Of a stretch of DNA of 64,000 nt, positions 8,447 through 18,011 are shown in pieces; the first letter of the stretch is position 1, and each line of letters starts with the position of its first letter. The notes under the pieces are model-generated. The model worked only from the letters and a program-made list of their open reading frames with translations. It made no database searches and was not told where the DNA came from. Where the stretch lies: NCBI GenBank assembly GCA_050013715.1, contig JBEKES010000001.1, positions 8,889 through 72,888 on the forward strand, written 5' to 3'. This DNA is from Candidatus Micrarchaeaceae archaeon. GTDB taxonomy: Archaea > Micrarchaeota > Micrarchaeia > Micrarchaeales > Micrarchaeaceae. Made by a program: the position numbers and the translations under genes.

Positions 8447-9799
8447 TTGGACGGACGTTATAGAAGAAAGGTAGAAACTCTCGTTCCTTTTGCTTCTGAA
8501 ATGGGTTTGATAAAAACTCGAATAGAAGTAGAGGCAAAATATTTAATAGCACTTTCTCATGTTGGTTTGGTAAGAAAATTACAACCTAAAGAAATTGTTT
8601 TCTTAACGGATTTAGGACATAATCTTACATTAAGACAAGCAGAAAGAATAAAAGATATTGAGGAAACTACGAAACATGATGTCAAAGCAATGGAAAGGGC
8701 ATTTCGTGAATTTGTAGCAGGAACAAGTCTGGAAGATGTAACAGAAATGATTCATTTTGGACTTACTTCTGAAGACGTGAATAACCTTTCTTATAGACTT
8801 ATGCTCACGAGAGGTTTGTACGAGGTGTGCATACCTGCAATGGATTTGATAGTTGATGATCTTTATGAAAAGGCAAGAAAGTATAAAGGAACCCCTATGC
8901 TTGCAAGAACGCACGGTCAACCTGCAATTCCAACAACGTTAGGTAAGGAATTCGCTAACATGGCCGTACGTCTCAACAGACAGATAAGAAGATTGGAAAA
9001 ACTGGAACTTACAGGAAAGCTTAACGGAGCTGTAGGAAACTTCAATGCACTTAGTTTCGCTGCACCTGAAGTTGATTGGATAAAATTCTCTAATAAATTT
9101 GTTGAATCTTTTGGTCTTAAGCTTAATTTAGTAACAACTCAGATAAATCCATATGAAGATATGATAGAAGTATTCCAAGGTGTTCAAAGAGTTAATAACG
9201 TCTTATTGGACATAAATCAAGACATGTGGAGATACATAAGCGATTATTGGATTGCTCAAGTTCCAAAACCAGATGAGGTAGGATCATCTACCATGCCACA
9301 AAAAGTAAATCCGATAAATTTCGAGAATAGTGAAGGTAATATTCAAATTGCAAATAGTTTATTTGAGGGAATGAGCAGAAAACTCGCAGTATCAAGACTG
9401 CAAAGAGATTTGTCAGATAGCACAACACTAAGAAACGTTGGAAGTGCATTGGCCTATAGTCTTCTTGCATACATTAATACTTTGGAGGGATTAAACAGGA
9501 TAAATCCGAATATAGCAGTAATTAACAGCGAATTAAACGACAATTGGAATATACTCACAGAGGGTGTACAAACACTTTTAAGGCGTGCAGGTGTGACTGA
9601 TCCTTATTCTATGGTTGCAAGCCTTTCTAAGGGTAAAATAAAACAGACTGAATGGGAAGACTGGATAAATAAACTTGAAATAGATGGAGATTTAAAGAAA
9701 AAATTATTGATAGGACTTAAACCAGGATTATATATCGGATATGCTCAAACACTTACAGAATTAGCTCTTGATGAGATAGCTAATCTTAGAAGAAAATAG
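8447..9799 (+). CDS. purB: Adenylosuccinate lyase. The listed TTG start is probably too far downstream (see findings).
   Basis: DGRY, TTKHDVKAME, HFGLTSEDVNN, SRTHGQPA-like ARTHGQPAIPTT and GSSTMPQKVNPINFENSEGN. The conserved N-terminal LSPLTAISP is encoded in frame upstream of 8447. Confidence 0.9.
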   Translation: MDGRYRRKVETLVPFASEMGLIKTRIEVEAKYLIALSHVGLVRKLQPKEIVFLTDLGHNLTLRQAERIKDIEETTKHDVKAMERAFREFVAGTSLEDVTEMIHFGLTSEDVNNLSYRLMLTRGLYEVCIPAMDLIVDDLYEKARKYKGTPMLARTHGQPAIPTTLGKEFANMAVRLNRQIRRLEKLELTGKLNGAVGNFNALSFAAPEVDWIKFSNKFVESFGLKLNLVTTQINPYEDMIEVFQGVQRVNNVLLDINQDMWRYISDYWIAQVPKPDEVGSSTMPQKVNPINFENSEGNIQIANSLFEGMSRKLAVSRLQRDLSDSTTLRNVGSALAYSLLAYINTLEGLNRINPNIAVINSELNDNWNILTEGVQTLLRRAGVTDPYSMVASLSKGKIKQTEWEDWINKLEIDGDLKKKLLIGLKPGLYIGYAQTLTELALDEIANLRRK

Positions 9800-9806
9800 T
9801 GATTAA

Positions 9807-10166
9807 ATGGCAACAAAATGGACCGTAAAAACGCATGAAAGATATTTAGTTGAGGCTGCATCTTTCTCATTTAGGGCCCATCAAACAGATACAGCAACGC
9901 GGCTTTTAAGACTAGTTGATATTACTGATCCGATTGAAATAAGCCAGATAAGGAAAAGTGCAAGAAAAACCAGAACCCATAGAGATACTCAACATTCGAT
10001 GTTTGTAGCTGTAGGGAGAATAGATGTATATACCCATATAGTAAATTCTGGAGAGGTGAAGATGCCACCTAAAAAGTTTTTAGCTTCTCTTGCTTCCATA
10101 AGGGAAAATCTAGAAAGCCGCGCATTGGATTATAACATAATTTTAAGGAGAATTTTAGCTGCCTAA
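9807..10166 (+). CDS. Hypothetical protein (119 aa)
   Basis: ORF with GTGAT at 9799-9803, 3 nt before the ATG. No motif recognised. Confidence 0.45.
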   Translation: MATKWTVKTHERYLVEAASFSFRAHQTDTATRLLRLVDITDPIEISQIRKSARKTRTHRDTQHSMFVAVGRIDVYTHIVNSGEVKMPPKKFLASLASIRENLESRALDYNIILRRILAA

Positions 10167-10222
10167 AGCCCAATAAATGCTTATTTATATATTCATTCTA
10201 GACAATATACTAGTAGATATTC

Positions 10223-11140
10223 ATGGCTGAAAACGAGAAGGAAATAGATATAACTCTACTCAAGGACATAGGAAAAGCTTCAGCGGAAGCCATGGAATAT
10301 GCGGCAAAGCAGGTAAAGCCAGGAGCAAAACTCCTTGATGTTGCCGAAAGCGCAGAGAAATTCCTCAAGGACAAAGGCTTCGGCCTTGCATTTCCAATCA
10401 ATTTATCAGTAAATGCTCAGGCTGCGCACTACACGCCAAGCCTTGATGATGACAAGGTATTCGGTGCCAATGACATAGTAAAGGTTGACTTCGGTGCAGA
10501 GAAAGATGGCTGGCTGGGCGATGGGGCCATAACCGTTGACCTTTCAGGAAAGCACCAGGAAATGGTCGAGTGTGCCAACAAGGCGCTGGACAATGCGATA
10601 AGCGCAGTAAGGCATGGAGTAAGCGTATGCTACATAGGCCAGGCAATTGCAGAAACAGCGGATTCCTACGGATTCAATGTGATAAAGAATCTCGGGGGCC
10701 ATGGCATACACCAGCATGAGCTTCATGCAGAGCTCTTCATACCAAATTACGATAATGGGGATTTCACAACCCTTGAAGAGGGCATGGTAGTTGCGATAGA
10801 ACCATTTCTCACCACAGGCAAGGGAATCGTAACTGATAGTGATTTGTGCGAGATATACAGCTACTCGTCCAATGAACCAACAAGATCCCAGGAAGCAAGA
10901 AAGCTTCTCCAGCATTTGGAAAAGCAAAACAGCAGGGAACCGTTTGCAGTAAGATGGTTCTCTAATTTATTTGAATCGAAATTCAGGCTCTATGCTGCGG
11001 TCAAGGAACTGGCACGAATAGGAGCAATAGAGCCGCATCCAACCCTTGTGGAAATAAGCGGAGGAGATGTGGCACAGGCGGAAGCGCAGATAATGGTAAC
11101 GAATGAAGGCTGCGAGATAATAACAAGAGCCAAGATTTAG
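10223..11140 (+). CDS. map: Methionine aminopeptidase, type 2 (archaeal)
   Basis: AAHYTP, VKVDFGA, GGHGI, and the insert and length typical of archaeal MetAP2, ending in AQAEAQIMVT. Confidence 0.9.
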   Translation: MAENEKEIDITLLKDIGKASAEAMEYAAKQVKPGAKLLDVAESAEKFLKDKGFGLAFPINLSVNAQAAHYTPSLDDDKVFGANDIVKVDFGAEKDGWLGDGAITVDLSGKHQEMVECANKALDNAISAVRHGVSVCYIGQAIAETADSYGFNVIKNLGGHGIHQHELHAELFIPNYDNGDFTTLEEGMVVAIEPFLTTGKGIVTDSDLCEIYSYSSNEPTRSQEARKLLQHLEKQNSREPFAVRWFSNLFESKFRLYAAVKELARIGAIEPHPTLVEISGGDVAQAEAQIMVTNEGCEIITRAKI

Positions 11141-11190
11141 CTACACAGAATACTATAAATATCTCCTTTAACAGAGCTAAATGTGATTGA

Positions 11191-12612
11191 ATGGCAGATA
11201 AATTTGACTATGATTCAGCAATGGCAGTAGCCCAAACACAGTTCGAGAAAACGGTAGATAATATCTGGCCATTTGCAGTAAAGGCCCTTGGAGACAAAAA
11301 CACTGAAAAGTATAAAACTGCTAAAGACAAATCAGAAAGAGTTTACTTGTTAGATATAGAAGGTGTAACTAAAAATGACCATTCCAGATTAGTCATGTTG
11401 TACGAATTAAATCATGGGAGATTCTGGCGTGCTATTCCAGCTTGGAAAGCAATTTCAGATTTCAGCTGGGATGATAAGGTACTCTATGCAAATATTATAC
11501 TTGAAAAAGCTAAAACCGCACACAAAATAAAAAAGGAATCCCAATATCCTGGAGATTCTTTCGGCCATGTCATAATAGTGGAAAACTACAACAATGGAGT
11601 TTTAAGGGACTTCATATCAGATGACCTGCTTAAAGAGGCAGCAGGCAGGGGTTTTTGGGAAGTTGCCAATGAATATTTCACCAATAGTCTTGTTAATAAT
11701 TTGCAAATGATAGGAGGTGCAAGGGAAAGGTACCTGACAATTATGGAGCATCACGAGCTGATAGATTTAACCCATGTGGATGAATTGTATGAAAATCCCC
11801 TTTTGGGAGGTTACTGGATAACTGATAAATACATTAAAGCATTTGAAAGGTCTAAAAGTAAATTAAGTGAAGAATCTGCAGCAAAACTCGTACGTCCAAT
11901 AATAGAAAAGGTATTCATTGATGCTTTTTATGTTGATCCTGATGGTACAGCAAAAACAGACAATCCTGCCAAATTCATAGCCGAGAATTTATTGCCATAT
12001 GAAGAGTACATGAAAACAGAAGCTGTTCAGCTAATGCTGAAAGAAAGACTAAAAATTCACGCCAAGGATTATCATACATCCGGAATCGTAACTGTATTGC
12101 ATTATATTGAGGCATCTGAAGCAGAAAAAGCCGAAATTGTAAGTGCGGCGTTGCCGAAAATCTATCCGCACGATGCAAAGAAACTCATCGATTACAAATT
12201 TCCAGGATCCCTGCTTAATAATGGTAAAAAAGAGGAAGTGGAAAATGCAATAATGGCGTTTCTTCAGGAACAATCAAGAAGCCCATTAGGATGTTGTGCT
12301 GGTGCAATGGAGGAAGTAATCAAACCTGTGTGGTTTGCACAGAGGGCAATGAAATATGGATTGCTTGATAGAGAAAAAGGTAGCAAATTTATAGGGGTAA
12401 AGGTAACTAATTACCTTAATGCATCATCGCACACGATTAAATTCACAATAGCATGGGAAAATACGCTTGATCCTGGTTACGTAAACCATGAATTATACTC
12501 CAGATTTTCGAGCAGAATCAAACTTGAGACAGAAACAGAGCAAAGAAGAAGTGAACTCAGGAAAATGCAAAGAACGGAAATACATGTAGGTAAAAACAAA
12601 ACAAAAACCTAA
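11191..12612 (+). CDS. Large hypothetical protein (473 aa)
   Basis: Long uninterrupted ORF with GTGAT-N3-ATG (GTGAT at 11183-11187). No motif recognised. Confidence 0.6.
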   Translation: MADKFDYDSAMAVAQTQFEKTVDNIWPFAVKALGDKNTEKYKTAKDKSERVYLLDIEGVTKNDHSRLVMLYELNHGRFWRAIPAWKAISDFSWDDKVLYANIILEKAKTAHKIKKESQYPGDSFGHVIIVENYNNGVLRDFISDDLLKEAAGRGFWEVANEYFTNSLVNNLQMIGGARERYLTIMEHHELIDLTHVDELYENPLLGGYWITDKYIKAFERSKSKLSEESAAKLVRPIIEKVFIDAFYVDPDGTAKTDNPAKFIAENLLPYEEYMKTEAVQLMLKERLKIHAKDYHTSGIVTVLHYIEASEAEKAEIVSAALPKIYPHDAKKLIDYKFPGSLLNNGKKEEVENAIMAFLQEQSRSPLGCCAGAMEEVIKPVWFAQRAMKYGLLDREKGSKFIGVKVTNYLNASSHTIKFTIAWENTLDPGYVNHELYSRFSSRIKLETETEQRRSELRKMQRTEIHVGKNKTKT

Positions 12613-12649
12613 AGATTTATCTTTCTGCTTAACGCTTAAACCGTTTCTT

Positions 12650-13813
12650 TTAGCCTAATAATTTTTCAGAGAACCCATATTCCACAATATCCGCAAGCTG
12701 CTTCAAAGAGGTCCTGCCTAATCTGTTTGCAGTTGAGTAGAAAAGAGATTTTAGCAAATCATCAACTTCTTCTGATGAAAAAATTATAGGTTGTCTATCA
12801 ATTTCCTGCTTTTCGTATTGCATTACCAGTTCGTTCTTTGAATTTATGTAGAAACTATAGGATGTTGATGGACAGAGGGTTGTAACTACCCTGTACGCCG
12901 AACGTTTAGGTTTTGAACCATCTTCGCTCAGTCTTGGTATCTCGTTTCTCCATACTACAAGGAAGTGTATTGGATCCTCTTCTGTACCAGTATATTTTGG
13001 GTTTGTGTTTTCATAAAAATCAGGTGCAATGGATTTGAGCCATTCTTCAAAGCCAGCTTGTTTTCCTCCAATAACTTTCGAATCCAAATGACATTGGTCT
13101 ATGTACTTAAGAATTGCAACAAGCATGTAACCTTCTTGAGAGTGGTCCAATGATGCGGTTCTGCAATCGCTGTCGGTTTCAGGCCTATAGGAAACCACGT
13201 TTCCAAAAGGATCTGTTGTTTCATATGCAGTAAAATCTTTTTGCTTTATTATTAGATTGCCATACGAAGCGCCTGCAGTTATTATATTTTGGAAAATTGA
13301 ACCGTCAGGTCTTGGTCTTGTGATTTCCCATTTCAATCCTTCATCAATGCTTTTGCTGATATGCTGTATTGCTGCACCTACAGTTCCAGTAAATTCAAAT
13401 ATGTCAGAAAAACCGAATTTCCTGTAATCGAAAAATTCCTCTTGTCTTAGAAGTCCCATCATACTATGACCAGACAATGCAAGAAGATCGTCTTGCTCTA
13501 AAGGTATTGTATGAATTTGCTCTGGCATTTCAACACACCAACAGGAGCGATCTGGGCAGTCTCTTAGCTTGTATAGATTTTGAAAAGACTCAAAGAAATA
13601 AATTTTATCTTTTAATGGTATTGATGCAAAAAGTTTGTTTTCCTGCATAGTTATTATTGCAGATGGAATTATGTCCATTATCGTGAAACTGTTATCTTTT
13701 CGTAATGCTCCGCTTTTGTATGCTTCACTTATGCGTCTATCAAGTCCGGATTCCCTTAGCATTTGCCTTGCTTTCGGATACAAAATCCAGTTTTCTCTTT
13801 GAAATTCCCCCAC
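12650..13813 (-). CDS. Large hypothetical protein (387 aa; GTG start as listed)
   Basis: Long uninterrupted ORF convergent with 11191-12612. No motif recognised and the start codon is uncertain. Confidence 0.55.
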   Translation of the reverse strand: MGEFQRENWILYPKARQMLRESGLDRRISEAYKSGALRKDNSFTIMDIIPSAIITMQENKLFASIPLKDKIYFFESFQNLYKLRDCPDRSCWCVEMPEQIHTIPLEQDDLLALSGHSMMGLLRQEEFFDYRKFGFSDIFEFTGTVGAAIQHISKSIDEGLKWEITRPRPDGSIFQNIITAGASYGNLIIKQKDFTAYETTDPFGNVVSYRPETDSDCRTASLDHSQEGYMLVAILKYIDQCHLDSKVIGGKQAGFEEWLKSIAPDFYENTNPKYTGTEEDPIHFLVVWRNEIPRLSEDGSKPKRSAYRVVTTLCPSTSYSFYINSKNELVMQYEKQEIDRQPIIFSSEEVDDLLKSLFYSTANRLGRTSLKQLADIVEYGFSEKLLG

Positions 13814-14029
13814 AAATAAGCTTTCTAATGCTCATAATATATATAAGTTTCTTCTAGGGAATTCAAGCAAAAGCGCAATATACTTAAAGCTTGTCAAAAA
13901 AGATATTTCCTTGATTTCACAATGATGTATTTCATTATAAATACGATGATTGTCATACCATGCTAAGAAGGTATTTAAACATTAACAACACAAACCTTTT
14001 TTACTGCTGAATTTTGGGGATTGGTTTTC

Positions 14030-16954
14030 ATGGCAATAAGAAAGATAAGGAAAAGAGACGGATCGCTGGTTGATTTCGACGAGACAAAGATAGGTGTTGT
14101 TATAAGCAAGGCGATAATTGCCGTTCGAGGGAGAGCCAACAATTTAGAGATCAAAAATCTTACCGATAAAGTCGTAAATAGAATAGCTGAACTCTACGGC
14201 AGCGCAGGCGCAGCTGACGTTGAGGGCGTCCAGGACATAGTAGAGCAAGTATTAATGAAGGAGAATTATTTTGATGTTGCCCGCGCCTATATACTCTATA
14301 GGGAGAGGCACAACGAGATAAGAAGAGAAAAAAGAAGTGAAATACTTAAGAAGATAGATGCAAGGCAGTTGTTCGTAGTAAACAGGGAGGGCCAGAAGGA
14401 AATATTCGACGAAAATGTGCTAAGGAATTACATACGCGCTGCATGCAAGGGCTATGAAGGAGTTATAAACATGGAAAGCCTGCTCAACGCCTGCGAGCAG
14501 GGCATTTACGAGGACATCCAAACCAAGGACATAGCAAGAACTGCAGTTCTTACCGCAAGAAGCTTGATAGAAAGAGATCCATCCTATTCAATAATAACTA
14601 CAAAATTATTCCTTGCAGCGCTTTACAGGGAAGTTCTCAACGCAAGGTTCTCGCCAACCGAGCTTGCCGATGCATACTCAAAGAGCTTCATCTCTAATGT
14701 TAAGGAATGCGTCAAGAACGGCAAATTATCCGAGAAGATGCTTGACTATGATCTTGAAATGCTTGCATCTCATTTGAACATAAAGCGCGATGAACTGCTT
14801 CCATACAGAGGATTGGAGGCATTGTATGATGATTATCTGATAAAGGACATAAAGAACGGGAAGAGCGGCAAGCGCTATGAAACACCGCAGGCCTTCTGGA
14901 TGAGAGTGGCAATGGGCCTTGCTCTCAATGAAAAGGACAAGAATGAGAAGGCATTGGAATTCTATGAAGTGCTTTCCAATTTAAGATTCGTAAGCTCAAG
15001 CCCAACGCTTTACAATACAGGTAGTCCTCGTCCTCAATTGAGCTCTTGCTTTTTAACAACAGTGGCAGATGACCTCAATTCAATATTCAAGAACTATAAT
15101 GACAATGCATTACTATGCAAATGGAGCGGAGGCATGGGCAACGACTGGTCAAGTTTAAGGGCAACTGGCGCAATAGTAAAGACAACTGGCGTTGAAAGCC
15201 AAGGATTAGTTCCATTCCTCAAGATAGCAAATGATGTCAATATCGCAATTAACAGGAGCGGCAGGAAAAGAGGCGCAACTTGCGCTTACTTGGAAGTCTG
15301 GCATTACGACATAGAGGATTTCATAGACCTTAGAAGAAACACAGGAGATGAGCGAAGAAGGACCCATGACATGAACATAGCGGCATGGATACCCGACCTT
15401 TTCATGAAAAGAGTCATAAGCGATGAGGATTGGACACTATTCTCACCGGATGAGACCCCTGAGCTTCATGACCTTTACGGAAAGGCATTCGAAGACAAGT
15501 ACATTGAATACGAGAAAAAGGCAGCCAGCGGAAATGTTAGGCTATTCAAGACCATGAAGGCACTGGCTCTATGGAAGCGCATGCTTACTTCGCTCTACGA
15601 GACAGGACACCCATGGATCAATTTCAAGGACCCGTGCAACATAAGATCACCTCAAGACCATACAGGTGTTATCCACAGCTCGAACCTATGCACAGAAATA
15701 ACGCTTAACACATCAAGCGATGAGATTGCTGTATGCAATCTAGGCTCGATAAACCTTGCTCCCCACATAAAGGAAGGCGTTCTTGATGAAGATCTTCTTA
15801 GAAGCACTGTAAACACTGCCATGCGCATGCTTGACAATGTAATAGATTTATGCTACTATCCAGTTAAAGAGGCCAAGAACTCGAACATGAGGCACAGGCC
15901 AGTAGGAATGGGACTTATGGGCTTCCAGGACGCGCTCTACATGCTAGGCATTAGCTTCGATTCGGAAGAAGCTGTTAAGTTCGCAGATGAGAGCATGGAA
16001 TTCATATCCTATCATGCGATACTTGCATCTACTGAATTGGCAAAGGAAAGAGGTTCCTATGAAAGCTTCAAAGGATCAAAATGGGACAGAGGAATACTTC
16101 CAGTTGATACGCTTGACATGCTGGAAAAGGAAAGAGGCATGAAGATAGATGTTTCAAGAACAGGGAAAATGGACTGGGCACCAGTTAGAGAAGCGATAAA
16201 GAAGCACGGAATGAGAAACTCAAACTGCCTTGCGATTGCTCCAACAGCTACCATTTCAAACATTGCCAATTGCTTCCCTTCCATTGAGCCAATATACAGC
16301 GACATTTACGTAAAATCAAACAAGAGCGGCGAATTCACAGTAATAAACCAGTACCTTGTAGAGGATTTGAAAGCACTGGGCATGTGGAACCAATCAATGC
16401 TCGATGAGATAAAAGCGCATGACGGAAGCATACAAAGAGTTGCATCAATTCCATCAAAATTAAAGGACAAGTACAAGAACGTTTTCGACATATCTCCAGA
16501 ATGGCTTATGAGAATCGCAGCCTACAGGGGCAAATGGATAGACCAGAGCCAATCGCTCAACATATTCACAACTACTACTTCAGGAAGATACCTGTCAGAC
16601 AATTACATATATGCATGGAAGATAGGATTGAAGACTACCTATTATCTTAGGACCATGGGCGCAAGCTCAGTTGAGAAGAGCACGGTAGGAATATCAACAC
16701 AGCAAACAGCAGCATTCAAGGAAACGCAAATGGAGGAGCAGCCAATCAGCACATCAACAAGAGTGGAAGAGGTAGTAGTGCAGATATACGATGGCCAGAA
16801 ATACATGGCAGAATCCCAGCAGAAAAGCCAGATTGAAGAGCAAGTGCCAACAACTCAAGTGAAATCAAATTCAACAATAGACTTCTCAAATGTAAAAATA
16901 ACAAGAAATGGAGACATCTGCAACAACGAGCCTGACTGCGAAGCCTGCCAGTAG
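14030..16954 (+). CDS. nrdA: Ribonucleoside-diphosphate reductase alpha subunit (class I) with an ATP-cone
   Basis: N-terminal ATP-cone IRKRDGSLVDFDETKI, catalytic region SSCFL, NLCTEI and the C-terminal redox pair CEAC. It is followed by an nrdB-type gene. The start is placed at ATG 14030 rather than TTG 14021. Confidence 0.92.
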   Translation: MAIRKIRKRDGSLVDFDETKIGVVISKAIIAVRGRANNLEIKNLTDKVVNRIAELYGSAGAADVEGVQDIVEQVLMKENYFDVARAYILYRERHNEIRREKRSEILKKIDARQLFVVNREGQKEIFDENVLRNYIRAACKGYEGVINMESLLNACEQGIYEDIQTKDIARTAVLTARSLIERDPSYSIITTKLFLAALYREVLNARFSPTELADAYSKSFISNVKECVKNGKLSEKMLDYDLEMLASHLNIKRDELLPYRGLEALYDDYLIKDIKNGKSGKRYETPQAFWMRVAMGLALNEKDKNEKALEFYEVLSNLRFVSSSPTLYNTGSPRPQLSSCFLTTVADDLNSIFKNYNDNALLCKWSGGMGNDWSSLRATGAIVKTTGVESQGLVPFLKIANDVNIAINRSGRKRGATCAYLEVWHYDIEDFIDLRRNTGDERRRTHDMNIAAWIPDLFMKRVISDEDWTLFSPDETPELHDLYGKAFEDKYIEYEKKAASGNVRLFKTMKALALWKRMLTSLYETGHPWINFKDPCNIRSPQDHTGVIHSSNLCTEITLNTSSDEIAVCNLGSINLAPHIKEGVLDEDLLRSTVNTAMRMLDNVIDLCYYPVKEAKNSNMRHRPVGMGLMGFQDALYMLGISFDSEEAVKFADESMEFISYHAILASTELAKERGSYESFKGSKWDRGILPVDTLDMLEKERGMKIDVSRTGKMDWAPVREAIKKHGMRNSNCLAIAPTATISNIANCFPSIEPIYSDIYVKSNKSGEFTVINQYLVEDLKALGMWNQSMLDEIKAHDGSIQRVASIPSKLKDKYKNVFDISPEWLMRIAAYRGKWIDQSQSLNIFTTTTSGRYLSDNYIYAWKIGLKTTYYLRTMGASSVEKSTVGISTQQTAAFKETQMEEQPISTSTRVEEVVVQIYDGQKYMAESQQKSQIEEQVPTTQVKSNSTIDFSNVKITRNGDICNNEPDCEACQ

Positions 16955-16961
16955 TGATTCC

Positions 16962-17969
16962 ATGAAAGACAACAAGCAAATACTTAATTCATCGGAAACA
17001 GATCCAAACAAGATACTGCCAATTAAGTACCAGTGGGCAAGGACATACTACAAGACAGGTGTAGCAAACAACTGGGTTCCAGAGGAAGTGCCAATGCAAC
17101 TGGATGTTGAGCTTTGGAAGAAGCCAGATGGATTGTCACCGGATGAAAGACGATTAGTGCTAAGGAACTTGGGATTCTTCTCGACTGCGGAAAGCCTTAC
17201 AGCAAACAACATAGTGCTCTCAATTTACAGGCACATAACAAACCCGGAATGCAGGCAGTATTTGCTAAGGCAGGCCTATGAAGAGGCAGTTCATACTGAA
17301 ACATTCATCTACTGCTGCGATTCATTGGGACTTGATCCTGATGAAGTATACAACATGTACTTGCAAATACCAAGCATAAAGAAAAAGGACGACTTTGTAA
17401 TCAGCATAACACAGAGCATACTTGACCCTAATTTCACAACGGTTGGCACAGACAACATAAGAAGATTCGTGAATGATTTGATTGGCTATTATGTAATCAT
17501 GGAAGGCATATTCTTCTATGCAGGGTTTGCAATGATGCTATCATTCATGAGGAACAACAAGATGGTAGGAGTGGGAGAACAATTCCAGTTCATACTTAGA
17601 GACGAGTCAGTGCATCTCGCGTTTGGAACAGACCTCATAAACGCAATAGTTGCTGAAAACCCGGAAATATGGACAGATGAATTCAAAAAGGCAACGATAG
17701 ACAACATAACAAAGGCAGTTGACCTTGAATGCGCATATGCGCAGGATTGTCTTCCAAAAGGAATCAGCGGGCTTAACGCAGAAACGATAAAGCAATACAT
17801 GGAATACATAGCTGACAGAAGACTAGAGAGAATAAACCTTCCGCAAACCTACAATGCAACTAATCCGTTTCCATGGCTCAGCGAGATAATAGACTTGAAG
17901 AAGGAAAAGAACTTCTTTGAGACAAGAGTCACAGAGTACAAGACAGGAGGCCAATTGGACTGGGACTAA
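16962..17969 (+). CDS. nrdB: Ribonucleoside-diphosphate reductase beta subunit (di-iron/tyrosyl radical type)
   Basis: EEAVHTETF and RDESVHLAF iron-ligand motifs. The start is taken at ATG 16962, just after the nrdA TAG (16952-16954). Confidence 0.92.
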   Translation: MKDNKQILNSSETDPNKILPIKYQWARTYYKTGVANNWVPEEVPMQLDVELWKKPDGLSPDERRLVLRNLGFFSTAESLTANNIVLSIYRHITNPECRQYLLRQAYEEAVHTETFIYCCDSLGLDPDEVYNMYLQIPSIKKKDDFVISITQSILDPNFTTVGTDNIRRFVNDLIGYYVIMEGIFFYAGFAMMLSFMRNNKMVGVGEQFQFILRDESVHLAFGTDLINAIVAENPEIWTDEFKKATIDNITKAVDLECAYAQDCLPKGISGLNAETIKQYMEYIADRRLERINLPQTYNATNPFPWLSEIIDLKKEKNFFETRVTEYKTGGQLDWD

Positions 17970-18011
17970 TTATCCATTAGACAGGTGCTATTTAACCAAT
18001 TAGGTAATTCT

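Noticed and set aside
16908-16961. The longer nrdB ORF starting at 16908, which overlaps the end of nrdA by 47 nt.
   Set aside because: The extra 18 residues are non-conserved. The ATG at 16962 lies just after the nrdA stop and gives an N-terminus consistent with NrdB.
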